The notes under the pieces were generated by a model that had not been told where the DNA came from, ran no database searches, and saw only the letters and a program-made list of their open reading frames with translations. A program made the position numbers and the translations under genes. From the IMG/VR virus record IMGVR_UViG_3300032144_000027: DNA of 41,461 nt. One strand, 5' to 3'. Source of the stretch: a virus. Each line of letters opens with the position of its first letter. Position 1 is the first letter of the stretch. Shown piece after piece: positions 40,688 to 41,461 of this stretch.

Positions 40688-41391
40688 AGAAGTCATTTGA
40701 AGAGTGGATGAACGGCACGCCGGACCCCGAGCCCGAAGAGCCTAAGAAGGCCGACAACCCCGAGAAGTTCTACGACTACGATGATGAGTTGCCTACGGGC
40801 GTTGACTTTGGGGACGCCCCCGGCACCTACATCTACCAGTGCCGGAGCTGCGGGGACTGGAACCCCATGGACTGGGAGTTGGAAGAGGACCATCCGGACA
40901 GCCACTACTGCGGCAAGAACCCGCACTGCTGCCCTCTGGCCCCACGGCAGGAATGGTTAAAGCACAAGACCATCAAGACGGCCAAGCTGCCGACCATGTC
41001 TAAGCCGAAGGCCAATCCAACTCCTCCCCCAGCACCTGTTCCGCAGAATGAGTTCAGGTGTTCCGGCTGTGGGTGTTGGTATCACGTGTCTCGCGCCTGT
41101 ATGGGGGCAGATGGCAGGCTGTTCTGTGGGTCCTATGGCTGTGTTCCACATGAGCAGCCCACTAAGCCACCACAGGAACGCGATGACCGTCCGTTCAAGA
41201 AGCAGCGGGATGACTCCTATGCCTACTTGATGGAGTACACTCAGTGCCCGTGCTGTCACGTGGAGTATCCACGCACCAGTCAGCGCTACAGCTCTGAGAA
41301 TCTTGGCTACTGCGGGAACAAAGCGTGCCTCATGCAAATTGAGGCTGCCCACGCAGAAGCTCGCCAATACTACAGTCGAAAGAACTACTGA
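40684..41391 (+). CDS. Cys-rich protein with three tandem zinc-ribbon-like modules
   Basis: Track ORF 40645..41391. The ATG at 40684 overlaps the upstream stop (ATGA). The modules are YQCRSCGDW...HYCGKNPHCC, FRCSGCGCWY...LFCGSYGC and TQCPCCHVEY...GYCGNKAC. Confidence 0.65.
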   Translation: MKKSFEEWMNGTPDPEPEEPKKADNPEKFYDYDDELPTGVDFGDAPGTYIYQCRSCGDWNPMDWELEEDHPDSHYCGKNPHCCPLAPRQEWLKHKTIKTAKLPTMSKPKANPTPPPAPVPQNEFRCSGCGCWYHVSRACMGADGRLFCGSYGCVPHEQPTKPPQERDDRPFKKQRDDSYAYLMEYTQCPCCHVEYPRTSQRYSSENLGYCGNKACLMQIEAAHAEARQYYSRKNY

Positions 41392-41461
41392 CCGTGCCTA
41401 GAGAGCGCGAAGGACCCCCAATGGCCATTCTTAACATCAGCAAAGCGTTGAACCAGTACTG
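41335..41461. repeat. Terminal overlap, right copy (identical to 1..127)
   Basis: Same 127-nt string as 1..127. Confidence 0.95.

Overview
The window appears to be one complete dsDNA phage genome. Bases 1..127 are identical to 41335..41461, leaving 41334 bp of unique sequence that closes into a circle. No similarity search was run. All function calls come from motifs read in the supplied translations, gene order, start/stop coupling and Shine-Dalgarno (SD) context.

Layout:
1. A plus-strand block of small early genes runs 39002..41391, crosses the junction and continues 87..3606. It ends in a Toprim/P-loop primase-helicase (3606..5762).
2. A non-coding, repeat-rich, origin-like region lies at 5763..6340.
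3. A plus-strand morphogenesis block (7582..25915) has T7-like order. It carries small and large terminase, portal, scaffold, major capsid, gp11-like and gp12-like tail tube proteins, four low-complexity internal-virion-type proteins and a 971-aa tail fibre.
4. A minus-strand operon (38839..26286) carries family A DNA polymerase, a Cas4-like nuclease, VRR-NUC, an SNF2 helicase, a vWA protein and a 2OG-Fe(II) oxygenase.

I found no RNA polymerase, integrase, tRNA or CRISPR array.

The most interesting element sits at the distal end of the minus-strand operon. It is a five-gene, translationally coupled cassette (26603..29925). It encodes a GT-A-like transferase, an aGPT-pyrophosphorylase-like protein, a ThyA-family pyrimidine hydroxymethylase homologue, a YfbR-like HD 5'-deoxynucleotidase and a DUF1599/MazG-like protein. 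This predicts hypermodified genomic DNA. The enzyme combination lacks the P-loop DNA kinase normally partnered with aGPT-Pplase.

Other notable points:
- A GNAT-like gene sits inside the ejection-protein module.
- An exported poly-Gln protein is encoded in the early region.
- A near-identical promoter/palindrome element occurs twice.
- A hairpin sequesters the SD of the capsid gene.
- An iteron-rich, ori-like region follows the primase-helicase gene.
- No recognisable endolysin is present.
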